From assembly GCA_051294905.1 (NCBI GenBank), contig CM119371.1, forward strand, positions 2,358,001 through 2,422,000: 64,000 nucleotides of DNA. Reading direction: 5' to 3'. This DNA comes from Botryllus schlosseri (lineage: Eukaryota). Position numbers and translations under genes: made by a program. Below are positions 1-10,227 of the stretch, in pieces. The stretch's first letter is position 1, and every line of letters starts with the position of its first letter. The notes beneath the pieces are model-generated. The model was not told the DNA's origin and made no database searches. It worked only from the letters and a program-made list of their open reading frames with translations.

Positions 1-208
1 TTGACGCTCGAAACCAGTTCCTACAAAATGCAGTTTCTATCTCATTTGCAACGCAAAGTTTGTATTATAATCAGAGTTAGATGTGTTTTATTTAGATAGT
101 ATGGGATTTCCAAAGGCCGTTTGGTCTACATGTAGGCCTACTTGTAGTTGCAAGTTTTGCAATAGCCGCAATAGTGAATTAAAACTAAACACGGACACAT
201 CTACTTAC

Positions 209-290
209 ATTTTCGTCTAAATGCAGCACGTCGACACAGTTTGTCGCTTCTTCCGAGGTCTGGAATTGGACGAGAGCACCATCCTTTGGT
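209..290 (-). pseudogene. RBM28: RRM RNP1 pseudo-exon (RBM28 RRM3 C-half-like)
   Basis: Reads TKG(C)ALVQFQTSEEATNCVDVLHLDEN after removing one extra G. Donor AT|GTAAGT at 209/208; the next acceptor is ttttgtag| at 21/20. Homologous to 7909-8000. Confidence 0.7.
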
Positions 291-864
291 CATTTTTCTC
301 CGATTCAACTCCCGAAATAACCGTCTCGTGTCGATTCGGTCCATATTTCGCAAATTTCGCGGTCTTTTGGGGTATTTTAGACTTAAAAGAAGGACAAATT
401 GCAAAAAAGGTGGAATTTTGGGCGAAGGGAGAAGAGTTCTTGAAAAAGGAGGACCAATCCTCCTAGATGTGGACGCATAGTTAGACGTTTATGCTTTCTA
501 CTTGAGAAGCCTTACGGACTACTTTGACCACCTCAGCATACCGTCCACTTTTCCACTTATTGTGACGTCAGGGTCAAAATTTGAGTGCGTCACACATATA
601 TTCCTCACCATGTTAGTTATGAAAGCACACAACAATCTTCACTACCCAAGAAACGTGGACTGCAGATTTGTACGAACTACCAATCTAGTTAGTTGACAGT
701 AAACTAACTACTGGCTTTTTTGAGTAGTTCTAGTTGTAGCTGCAAGTTTTGTAAACTGAGCAGTCCTAGTTCTAGTTTCAAGTTTTGAATATCCAGTGGT
801 TCGCACATGACTGGTAGACTACTGACTAGCAATACAAGGAGACACGTTACAAAATAAGCTCTAC

Positions 865-1000
865 CTTGGCATAGAAAATCCGAGAAAGCCTTGGCCGAAC
901 CGTCTTCCGAAACATCGAGACAGATTTTGAACAAATACAGTCCGTACTTTGCGACCACCGTGAGACGTCTTAGAAACGTGTTTCTTCTTGGACTCGACAT
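865..1000 (-). pseudogene. RBM28: RRM RNP2 pseudo-exon (RBM28 RRM3 N-half-like)
   Basis: Acceptor ttgctttcag| at 1001. Reads DVESKKKHVSKTSHGGRKVRTVFVQNLS, then a frameshift to DVSEDGSAKAFSDF (compare RBM28 KTVFIRNLSFDSEEE). Donor AAG|GTAGAG at 865/864. Confidence 0.7.
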
Positions 1001-1903
1001 CTGAAAGCAAGCAAGCACTAAAGCCAAGCACACATAGCATGCGCTTGATATTGCGTTTACTGGCCTCTCACGGGTGTATCTATTTAGCCAATGTCGTGAA
1101 CTCTATTACTTCTGCAGCATTAATGCCGGCAACTATACCGACGCGAGAGACACGACGCATATTTTCGTTTGTATAGTTATATTATGATGAATTGCGCAAA
1201 ATCAGGGCAGTTTTATGCTACCTGAAAGAATGGGTAGAGAGATATAAATGTATAGAGGAGACAACCAGATGGAGATAGATGATAGACTTATCTCAATAAT
1301 ATTTTGTGATATCACGATATGGGCGGCGCAAAATTTATCACCATCACAAAGGGGGTAGTGCTTGAGAGCCTCTGGTTTAGTGCAGCGGTTTCATCACATT
1401 TTAGAGCGCTACCAAATTTTGTGTTAGTTTACATCTCACGACCCAAGCTTCGCACCTCGTAAAAATGCATTTCTGACACAATTAAGCCTATGCAACGTTT
1501 TACGAGCATGTATGAATAAGAGAAGGTGCTGAAAAAACACATTCAATAATTAAGAACATTTACTTTTTTTGAGTACTTGAGTAGATTTTTTCTGCTTCCA
1601 ATCTACTTTACAATGTTTAGGAAGAACAAATTACTTTTTACAGCTTGGGATTTATAAACTAGTATGTGGTTTTGGGATAGGTTCCCAGCACTTCTATGTA
1701 TAAATTTCCATAACGGTTTAAGTAGCGTCTGTATCAAGGTAATTAAATATATCTATCAAAATGGCACCAATAATTGATAATATTTCTCGGCTCATTTTCA
1801 ATTCAGTAATTTGCATTATCAGTGGTGTCCATAAGCGACAAGCGACAGTGTACAGCGACACACAATTCGGTTAGTTAGTTGCAGATCTTCAAAGGCCATA
1901 GTT

Positions 1904-3952
1904 CAGTTCTCGGAAAGTAGCGCACCAATTACATTGTTCCTTTGAAAGAGATTTACTTGCATATGCAATCACCATTTCTTCGCCATCTTAAAGCTGTGAC
2001 AACACTGCTCCTGCACCAAAACCAGAACAATCAGAATCCAATATAAAAGCACCACCATCCTCCAAAGGAAACGCCAATATAGGAGCGGAGGTCAGTTTGA
2101 TTTTCAATTGATCAAACGCCATCTGACACTGTTCATCCCATTTGAAGTTGACACCTTTCTTAGTGAGCCGCAGCAAAGGTTTGGCCACCGATGCAAAGAA
2201 TGGCACAAACTGTCGGTAATAATTTGCAGTGCCCAAGAATGCCTGCAAATCCTTCAATTTACAAGGCACAGGCCACTCCTTGATCGCATTCACTTTCTCT
2301 TCGCAGCACAAAACACCGTTTGACGTGATAACATGACCCAAATACTCCACCGACTTTCTGAACAATTTACACTTGGACGGTTTAAATTTCAGTCCTGCAG
2401 AACGAATCCTGAGGAAAACATCCCTCAAATTTGCAATTTCCTCTTCAAAACTCCCGGCATATACCATGACATCATCAATGAATACCAGAGCTTTCTTGTA
2501 TAAAATACCAGCAAGAACTTTTTCCATCAATCTTTGAAACAGAGGTGGCGAGTTGGCCAATCCAAAAGCCATAACCTTGAACTGGTAATGGTCTCTCCCA
2601 GGAAGGCTGAAAGCAGTTTTGTGGCGATCCTTCTCATCAATCTCCACCTGCCAGAAACCACTGGCTAAATCAAAAACAGAAAACCAAGTGGAATTACCGA
2701 GCGAGTCTAAAATGTCATCAATCCTTGGCAGACTGTAGGCGTCTTTCACTGTAACTTCGTTCAGTTTTCGAAAATCCAAAACAACACGAGATGATCCATC
2801 TTTCTTAGGCACCAACAACAATGGTGTATTATACGGGGAGTCCGATTGCTCAATAACATCTTGATCCAGCATCTTATCAATCTCAGCGTCCCATATCTTT
2901 CGCTTGGCCCAGCCCAATCGTCGCGGAGGCACTTTGATTGGTTTAGACGAGGAAGTCACAATTTTGTGCTTGATCACAGAAGTACGACCCAAGCGACCAT
3001 CTGGGCCACAGAAAACATCCTGAAATTCAATCAGGAGGTTCCGCAATGATTCGAGGTGGAAATCAGAGAGACCTTCCACACCGTCTACCAGACACTCCAG
3101 ATGCTCAGGTAGAGATCCGGGATGATGAGGAACATCCTGAACGAGCGTGGGACAGCAAAATTCCACAGGCTGACACTCTTGCGGACACAAAACTCCCAGT
3201 AACAAGGCAGCTGGCAAAATAATGTCCTCACCGCCAGAATTAACCAACAGCAAGGGTATCCTATCCAATTCTGGGTCTACCAATCCAGGGACCAAATACA
3301 GACCACTCGACTCATATTCATTCACGAAATTACCTGAAGGTTCGAAAATAACTGCAATTCCATCCAACTGGGGCCAAGTCTCATTAAGTTTACCATATAT
3401 TATCGTCTCACTGTACCCAGATATAGCTACATCACTATCCAAAAAGATTCTACAGCAGGGCACTGATGGAGCGGACGGTTTAAGATTGACCCTTTGGCCC
3501 AACACTTCCATGCATTCGTCTTTTGCATACAACACACAATCATACTCTTTAAAATAATCATAACCCAAAATCCCAACAGCGGCGCCGAGCTCCGCAACAA
3601 CCACTTCCTTGACAACACACACAGACTCAATGCACATTTGCACCTTACTCCTACCTAACACGTTCAGCCATCCACCATTGGCAACTTTACACGACTTCTC
3701 ATACAGAAACAGCTCACCTTTGTTAGGCATATCATCCCACACAGAAATATCGATAACTGTAATCGCACTGCACGTGTCAATAAGAAACTTGATCGAAAAA
3801 CCATTCACACTCACCATCGCAAACCAATTAGTTGATAAAGCTAACGAAAAAACCAAAGAATCATGTTCTAACATCCTATCCAATGATTGGTCCATAGCAC
3901 TGGTCTCATTCGCGGTATCACTGGACCAATGATCCGCTACTATCGGTTTAAA
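1904..3952 (-). pseudogene. pol: Gypsy pol: aspartic protease, reverse transcriptase and partial RNase H, with a premature stop
   Basis: Motifs FLIDTCSAITVI (protease), SPYNTPLLLVPKKDG, DFRKLN, DLASGFWQV, MAFGLANSP, VFIDDVMV, EYLGHVI and FILDSDCSGFGAGAVLSQ. The TAA at 1988-1990 is followed in frame by DGEEMVIAYASKSLSKEQCNWCATFREL. Confidence 0.95.
3901..3952 (-). promoter_or_regulatory. -1 programmed ribosomal frameshift signal (UUUAAAC plus predicted hairpin/pseudoknot)
   Basis: T TTA AAC (3952-3946) is in the gag frame just before TAG TAG. The -1 frame is open into pol. After an 8-nt spacer, GCGGATCA pairs with TGAT-A-CCGC, and the loop TGGTC is complementary to GACCA downstream. Confidence 0.8.
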
Positions 3953-4590
3953 GCTTGATGGGTCGGTTGAGCAGGCACATTTTGATTAAACACAGGGCCA
4001 TACATCTGGTTCGGAGCAGGATACTGGAATTGACATTGATCGGCCACGTGACCAGCCCCACGGCACCTTGCGCAAACAGGAACCGGGCAATTACGTATCA
4101 AATGGGACGGATCACCGCACCGATAGCATTTTGACATTACGCGACGTTCTGGCTTTGAATACCTAACTGGGGCAGATTCCATCGATTTCACCAGTTTTTT
4201 AACCTCCAAAGACAAAGCTTCCAAGTCTTTGCGAAGATCAGAAACACCAGAACACACTCCACTACTAGACGTACAATTTCCATCAGAGTCATAACCATCA
4301 CCAGTTTTAATCAAAGACTTGGCCACCTTGCCCTGGTCTACTTTACTCGAAAAAGCGCCTTCGTAAACCTCTGCGACTTTAATCAGGTCGTCCAAATTGC
4401 TCGAATCCTGCAAGCTAAGTAAAGCACACACATGGGGGTCTGAGAAACCATGGCAAAACTGCTGAATTACCATCTGCTCACAAACTTGGTCAGACATTTG
4501 AGGATATGCCTTATGGGCTAAACTTCGCAGGGCCGCAGCAAAAGCTGTGGGTGACTCCCCTGGCAAGTTCTTTCTAGTGGCAACTTCCAA
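3940..4590 (-). CDS. gag: Gypsy gag C-terminal part (5'-truncated) with two CCHC zinc knuckles
   Basis: CYRCGDPSHLIRNC and CARCRGAGHVADQC; capsid-like PGESPTAFAAALRSLAHKAYP...QQFCHG. Confidence 0.9.
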   Translation of the reverse strand: MEVATRKNLPGESPTAFAAALRSLAHKAYPQMSDQVCEQMVIQQFCHGFSDPHVCALLSLQDSSNLDDLIKVAEVYEGAFSSKVDQGKVAKSLIKTGDGYDSDGNCTSSSGVCSGVSDLRKDLEALSLEVKKLVKSMESAPVRYSKPERRVMSKCYRCGDPSHLIRNCPVPVCARCRGAGHVADQCQFQYPAPNQMYGPVFNQNVPAQPTHQALNR

Positions 4591-4604
4591 ACAGCTCCCG
4601 GTAT

Positions 4605-4806
4605 CAAAATGCGATCACGCAATTATGCTTCGTACTTCAAAAAATCAACTTGAATTGAACTATGACTTGACTCGTGACTTGACTTGACTTGACTCGACTT
4701 AACTCGAGCCATCTTTGAAAATAGGATGACTCGACTTGACTCGAGTCAAATGTCAATGACTTGAAATGACTCGTGACTCGAAGGTGGTGACTTGGTTCAA
4801 ACACTG
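4605..4806 (-). mobile_element. Truncated MITE end, GACTCGAGTC/GACTT-repeat family (same as 16827-17803)
   Basis: Reverse complement of the 16827 left end; terminates in ...aacactg. Confidence 0.8.
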
Positions 4807-5639
4807 CCGACAACACGCCACTATTCGGATCTGAAATCGTGGATTTGCCAAAATAATGTAATTTATAATTTACTCACTTTTCACCTCCTCGTGTGTCAGT
4901 TGAATATTTATGTTTGTCAGATTCTGACTGAACGGTTGAGATTGTCATGCAAACGTCTTTCACGAAAGAAATTTAGATGTATCGGACGAACAGCCTCTCA
5001 AATGAGATGTTATGAACGATGATATTCTGATGGCAATCCACTGTAATAAAAGCAAGAGTTGTTGTATAAAGTAAATTCAGTAAATGTAGCCATCTATAGA
5101 AAGCACAGCAGCCGACCATATTCATCTACTTTCTATAGTCACAGGCTGAAATGGTTAGGTTTTCCTCGGTGTTACTCAGGTAGAAGTAACATCATACGTT
5201 TCTACTCAAGCGCAATTTACAAGTAACTTGAAAGACAAATGCCAGTTTTGACAGAAAAATGAAAACTGTTCAGGCAGAAGTGTAAGTAGTCCTAAATCAT
5301 ATCAACTCGAGTACGGTATTTAGTACTAGTATGCAAAACTTATTTGAGATTTAAGTACTTTAAAAAAAATTTAAATGACTTCATTACTGACCACCACTGC
5401 TTGCAGAGGACCGGATTTGGTTTTCTAGTTTATTTCACGTCCAAGCTTAGCAATGGATGTGTGTGCTTGAAGCGAGATGAAATATATTTTTGCGCATCGG
5501 CGTCTACATCGGAATGATCAGCAAAGGTTTAGTTATCGGTTTGATGGGTAGTTCATGAGATATCCGGTAATAATCAGGCTCTAGTTCAACCCACAATGGC
5601 AGGGGGCAGGCTAGTACACCATACTTAACCAACCATTGG

Positions 5640-5992
5640 ACCGGGAACTACTTAATTTTTAAAACAAGCAGCTATAACTACTTATTTTCAAAACTAGTAA
5701 CTACAGTTACTCATTTTTCAAAAATTCGCTACTTGAAATAGAAATTTAATTACTCAATTTTTAACAATTAGCAACTTGAGTTGGAACTACGCTATTTTTA
5801 AAATCCGCCACTAGAACTAGAACTACTTATTTTTCAAAACTAGCAATTAGAACTGGAACTACTCAAGGTTTCAAAACAAGTAACTAGAAATAGAAGTATG
5901 ATCACTCAATTTTTGAAAATTAGCAACTCGAGCTAAAACAGGAACTACGATCTTTTCAAAATCCGTAGCTAGAACTAGGACTGGCTACTAGG
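5640..5992. repeat. Degenerate AACTAG/AACTAC-rich tandem repeat (~30-40 bp units), probably a MITE interior
   Basis: Repeated actagaactacttatttttcaaaa-like units; related reverse-strand copies at ~680-830 and ~7000-7110. Confidence 0.7.
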
Positions 5993-6129
5993 GTGGAGTG
6001 AAAAATGGAAAATTTTGAACTTTAAAACGGACGCTTGATATGTGGTGCCAAATTAAAAAAAAATCTATAACAATTTTGGGCTGGTGCACCCTCTAGTTGT
6101 CGAAATTGACTAGACTTTACTATAGTCAA

Positions 6130-6580
6130 TCTGTACAATGACTCAGTTTGAACGCGAGTCATTGCGCATGACTCTGACCACGTGATATGAGTCGAGTCTG
6201 AAACGGCCAAGACCAACATGCCATTGCAATTTCGAAGAATAGTGAAGTAACAACAGTGTTGGTATTTCATCAATTGCTACTGGTACTTGAAAATGCAATC
6301 TGAAGCTGTTCAAAACGCGAAAATCAGTTTATATGTTTTAAATGTTAACCATTCAATATCGCCAGATATCGTTATAAAAAGTAGTTTTAACAAGAATAAA
6401 TCGAAACTGAGCAGTCAACGCAATGACTTTGACTCGGACTCGAGTCATAATATCATGACTTGCACTTGACCCTCTGCTCGCTGACTTGGACTCGGAATGA
6501 CTCGATGGTGAATTAAAAATGACTCGACTTGACTCGAGTTGAAACTATAAAAGTAAGATTGACTTGTGACTCGGAGCCTG
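6130..6580 (-). mobile_element. Decayed GACTC-family MITE (related to 8299-8866)
   Basis: Similar to the reverse complement of 8299-8866 (gacttgtgactcggagcc, aaaatgactcgacttgactcgag). Ends not resolved. Confidence 0.7.
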
Positions 6581-6836
6581 TATGGTTGTCACTAAATGAT
6601 TAGGAACTTCAACGTCACAAGATTTGAAAATAATACGTTCTGTTTTGGAATGACCGCAAGATCAGACTACAGCTTCAATGACTACATCTACTTACTCAAC
6701 CTTGTAAATTGTGAATTTAACACTCACACACATACCTACACACAATCCCGAAGCCTGTACAATACATAAACAGAGCACGTCAGCACCACAATAGCGACAA
6801 GTTTGTGCTGAATATTGAATATTGGCACTCACGTAC

Positions 6837-6949
6837 CTGGTCATAGGAGGTCGAGACACAAATTACTCTTGTCCTCCTTTTGATTCTTTAGTTTCTTCTG
6901 TTGAAGCACATTGATAGCTTTGAATATCACTCCCGTTCATGATCTTGCC
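6837..6949 (-). pseudogene. RBM28: RBM28-like pseudo-exon (post-RRM3 linker), copy B
   Basis: Acceptor tattgtttcag|, donor CAG|GTACGT. Reads KAINVLQQKKLKNQKEDKSNLCL...P(G); compare the conserved DKRNLYLA..G.I.PG. Contains stops. Confidence 0.6.
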
Positions 6950-7547
6950 CTGAAACAATACCCAAACACACAGTTACAGCCAGATTTATACGTACTACGA
7001 ATCTAGTTAGTCGACGGTCATTAACTACTGGTTATCCCGTAGTTCTAGTTCTAGTTACAATTTTTTAATGCGAGTAGTCCTAGTTGCATTACGGAATAAG
7101 TTAGTTGCGAAACTATAAAACACGTGTCATCGTTCTGTGAATCGTGATATCGGTGTTCTATTGTGCGTTGTTCTTGCATTGATAGCTAAGAGTCATCACT
7201 ACTAACAGTGGTTAAGCCCTGTGGTGGGTTTTGATTCACGGAACCCCTTTCATCGCAAGCTCGATATCCCGGCCTTTTGTAATGCCGAATCTATCTCCAA
7301 TATTTATTAGGTTGTTTGTGATTCAGTAATTCGTATTATCCATTATTAGTCAGCTCTGTTTTAGTTAGTTGGTTTCAAGTTATCAAAGACGGTTAGTTCT
7401 ATAAAATATAGTCTAGTTGTGGTTGCGAATTTTGGAAAATGAGTAGGCCTACCGTACAGATTTTGCAAATCCAATAGTTAGTAAAGGTCTTGTTGCAGCG
7501 CCGTAACAGTGGATTGAAAGTACCACTTAGCATGGACGCATATACAT

Positions 7548-7898
7548 TAGTGCGGAGCATGGACCGGAGCCGGGTTGGATATCCGGCCGGATTTTTTTAA
7601 AATTTGGTTGGACCGTATCAGAGCCGGATCAGTACTTCTTTGATACGCCAGAATCTCTATGGATAAGCATGACGTTTGTAACCAAATAACTACCAACCAA
7701 CAACACGCAAGTAACCGCCAAGCCAGTGCAAAAAGAAACGAGCTATTTTTTGAATTCATGGAACCACCGTACCGTGTTAGGTCGGATTTCCAGCAGGACT
7801 TTTTAATTTTTGGCCGGAGCCGGATCAGTACTTTTTCCTGATACGGCCGGAGCCGGATCGGAGCCGGACCAGAGAATTTGTCGATCCGCTCCTCACTA
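7548..7898. mobile_element. hAT-type MITE with CCGGAT/CCGGAG subterminal repeats
   Basis: TIR TAGTG(C/A)GGAGC; perfect 8-bp TSD ATATACAT (7540-7547, 7899-7906). Confidence 0.9.
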
Positions 7899-7908
7899 AT
7901 ATACATAC

Positions 7909-8000
7909 GTTTAATCGCCATTCAGCTCGCCGATATAATTTGTCGTTTCTTCCGGGGTCTTGGATTGGACGTAAGCACATCTCTTGGAGTGGCTGATGGG
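7909..8000 (-). pseudogene. RBM28: RBM28-like RRM3 RNP1 pseudo-exon, copy B
   Basis: Reads HSKRCAYVQSKTPEETTNYIGELNGD* (compare RBM28 HSKGCAFAQFMTQEAAQKC). Donor AC|GTATGT at 7909/7908. Nucleotide similarity to 209-290. Confidence 0.7.
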
Positions 8001-8298
8001 CTATTGCAAAATTGCTGACGAATTAAACAATATATATTGAAAATGTGACAGCGACGTATTCAAATGCACAAATACATGCAGAAAAACACGAGTTATACAG
8101 CGTATAAGGAGTCTTAAATTATTTTTTTTTCAAATTCAACTGACTACATGATAAAGTTGTTAGTTTGGCTATAAAAACTCACTACACCAAACTTGGTTTA
8201 ATACCAATCAGTAGCCGCGTTGCTACAAGAGATGAAAGATTTGGATATAGCCTAAAATATAAAAATTAAATAATTTTTTTTCAATACTTTCTGATCAC

Positions 8299-8866
8299 CA
8301 GGGTTGTAAACAAGTCACAAGGCTCCGAGTCACAAGTCAATCTCACTTTTATAGTTTCGACTCGAGTCAAGTCGACTCATTTCAATTCACCACCGAGTCA
8401 AGTCCGAGTTTAAGTCAGCGAGCAGAGTGCCGAGTCCGAGTCATGGAATTATGACTCGAGTCCTAGTCCAAGTCATTGTGTTGACTGCTCAGTTTTCAGT
8501 TGAAGTCTTGGTAAACCCACTTTTTATAGCTCTGTTTGGTGATATCGAATGGTTCGCATTCATAATATGCCAATTTTCGTCACTTTCAGCAGTTTATGGT
8601 CGCATTTTCAAGTACCAGCACTAACAGACGACATCCCAATAGTGTGTTGGCTTCAGAATTACAATGAAATATCGGTCTTGGCCGTCTGAGTCTCGAGTCA
8701 ATGACTTGGTTCGAGTCATGCGCAATGACTCGAGTCCAAGTCGAGTCAGTACACAGAATGACTCGAGTCGAGTCGAGTCATTTCCGTATTTTGAATAAAT
8801 GACTCGAGTCAAGTCGAGTCATCAGAAAATCGTGAGTCGAGTCGGACTCGAGTCATTACAACTCTG
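8299..8866. mobile_element. hAT-type MITE with GAGTC/GACTC repeats
   Basis: TIR CAG(G/A)GTTGTAA; perfect TSD CTGATCAC (8291-8298, 8867-8874). Fragments of the family at ~48890-49210, 62670-62765 and 63000-63400. Confidence 0.92.
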
Positions 8867-8879
8867 CTGATCACGCCAT

Positions 8880-9810
8880 GAAATTTATAGTTTTTCGACA
8901 GTAACGCCGCCAAACAAATTTGGTCAATTCCAACCAATGGAAGCGGAGTTATTGCAGTCGAAAAATTAGGATATGAAAAAATTATTAACCTGCCCACCGT
9001 GAATACGACACCAATTATTCATATCCAAATTTCCGACTGCAATAACTCCGCTTCCACTGGTTGGAATTGAGCTAAATGTGGGATTGATGTTGAAACTTCT
9101 CAAAGCTTCAAAAGCGTGTTCGACTTTTCATGCTTGAAATCGATGAATGCGTATCAGAGCTATCTTCTAACTTCTAATATTTACGCAGGGATTTATCAGA
9201 TCTCGTATCACTCGAGATTCAGTGATAACTACACCGCGTCGACCTTTGTATTGGAACAGGAGAAGTTGCTGAAATAGGATGGCATCATTTTATCAAAGAA
9301 CTCGTAGAGTAAACATGTTATCCGATTCCAAAGAAGAGCAACACATTCGACTCCGCTATTTTGGACGGTGTTGTTCTGCTCCCTTTTGGCCAAATTAAGT
9401 CGAGACACTGCTTTGTTCAAGTTAACCGCAAATTTAATTGCACCTCCATGGCTGTGCATTACTGTATTAGGACTGTTCAAGAATGAGCTTTTTTCTGAAT
9501 TCCAGCCATTCGGTGACTAAATAGTCAGGTTACGCTAAAAAACGCTGCACACCAAATTTGGTTCAATTCTGACAAGTATAAGGCTCCGCAGATCCAACTA
9601 AAATTTTCAATTTGTTAGGGAAGATATATAAAAAAACAATCAAGGATAATAATCAGAGAATTATCAACGAAACACTCGAATAACTCTTCTTCTACTAGTT
9701 TGAATTGACTGAAATTTGTATCGTTTTTGAAGACAGCTCAACAATATCATGGGGTTGACAGTAACAATTTGAATTTTTTTTTAAATTTGACCTAATAAAT
9801 TAAATATTTG
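8880..9810. repeat. Interspersed repeat with internal palindrome; related to 27540-27790
   Basis: Inverted arms 8918-8984 / 9013-9077. 9490-9610 is the reverse complement of ~27680-27790, and 9680-9810 matches ~27540-27675 directly. Confidence 0.75.
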
Positions 9811-10083
9811 AATCTAATTTCAAAAAATTGTGTAGCTTTAACTGTGATTCTGATCTAATTTGAAAAAAAAATCTAATTATAATTCTAAATGTAGTACAAT
9901 TTAAACTGTAGCTTTTAGCTATCATTCTAATTCCAACCTAATTTGAATTTGAAAATGATCTATAGACTATAGTCGCCCCAATCTGGCTGAGAAAACCCAG
10001 TTATCGTGTGAACCCCGGTTAGAAACCCCCGCTGAAAGTTAGCTTAACGAGAAAGTATGCTAATAGTTGTGGTTATGACATAC

Positions 10084-10227
10084 CTTCAGCTTTTGACACT
10101 TCTAGTAAGATTGTCAGCACATAATCGAGTTGTACGTCTGCATTTTTCAGTTTGGCCCGATTTGCATTTTCAATCTTCACACGTTTCTTCCATTCTGTTG
10201 CGTTGAGACCTTCAGGGGCTTGCGTTT
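10084..10227 (-). pseudogene. RBM28: RBM28-like pseudo-exon (linker into RRM4), copy C
   Basis: Acceptor cttctgtgtag|, donor AG|GTATGT. Reads TQAPEGLNATEWKKRVKIENANRAKLKNAD, then a frameshift to TTRLCADNLTRSV (compare RBM28 [47 protein letters not shown]). Confidence 0.8.

Larger units (their letters stand above)
1890..4595 (-). mobile_element. Truncated Ty3/Gypsy LTR-retrotransposon internal fragment (gag-pol); no LTRs or integrase visible
   Basis: Domain order is gag (CCHC), protease, RT, RNase H. The 5' end abuts a MITE remnant at ~4605. Homology stops inside RNase H at ~1900. Confidence 0.95.
1..5530 (-). pseudogene. RBM28: Unprocessed RBM28/Nop4-like (multi-RRM nucleolar protein) pseudogene, copy A; runs off the window start
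   Basis: Minus-strand exon remnants occur in the expected order: ~5530-5395 (TFADHSDVDA...SIAK; RRM1 C-half, weak), 5040-~4920 (NIIVHNISFE; RRM2 RNP2, weak), 1221-~1035 (..VAGINAAEV..LA/IDTPV; RRM2 C-half, weak), 1000-865 (RTVFVQNLS/DVSEDG), ~290-209 (KG/ALVQFQTSEEATNC) and 20-1. Most have a polypyrimidine-AG acceptor and/or a GT donor. Most carry frameshifts or stops. Confidence 0.6.

Noticed and set aside
1040..1130. Alternative reading of AGINAAEVIEFTTLAK as the RBM28 AGTKAAEG linker
   Set aside because: Exon order and the upstream acceptor at 1222 fit the RRM2 C-half better; the true linker exon is at 10084-10227.
1200..5000. LTRs, PBS or integrase for the Gypsy element
   Set aside because: No direct repeats flank it and no HHCC/DDE motifs were found; both ends are truncated.
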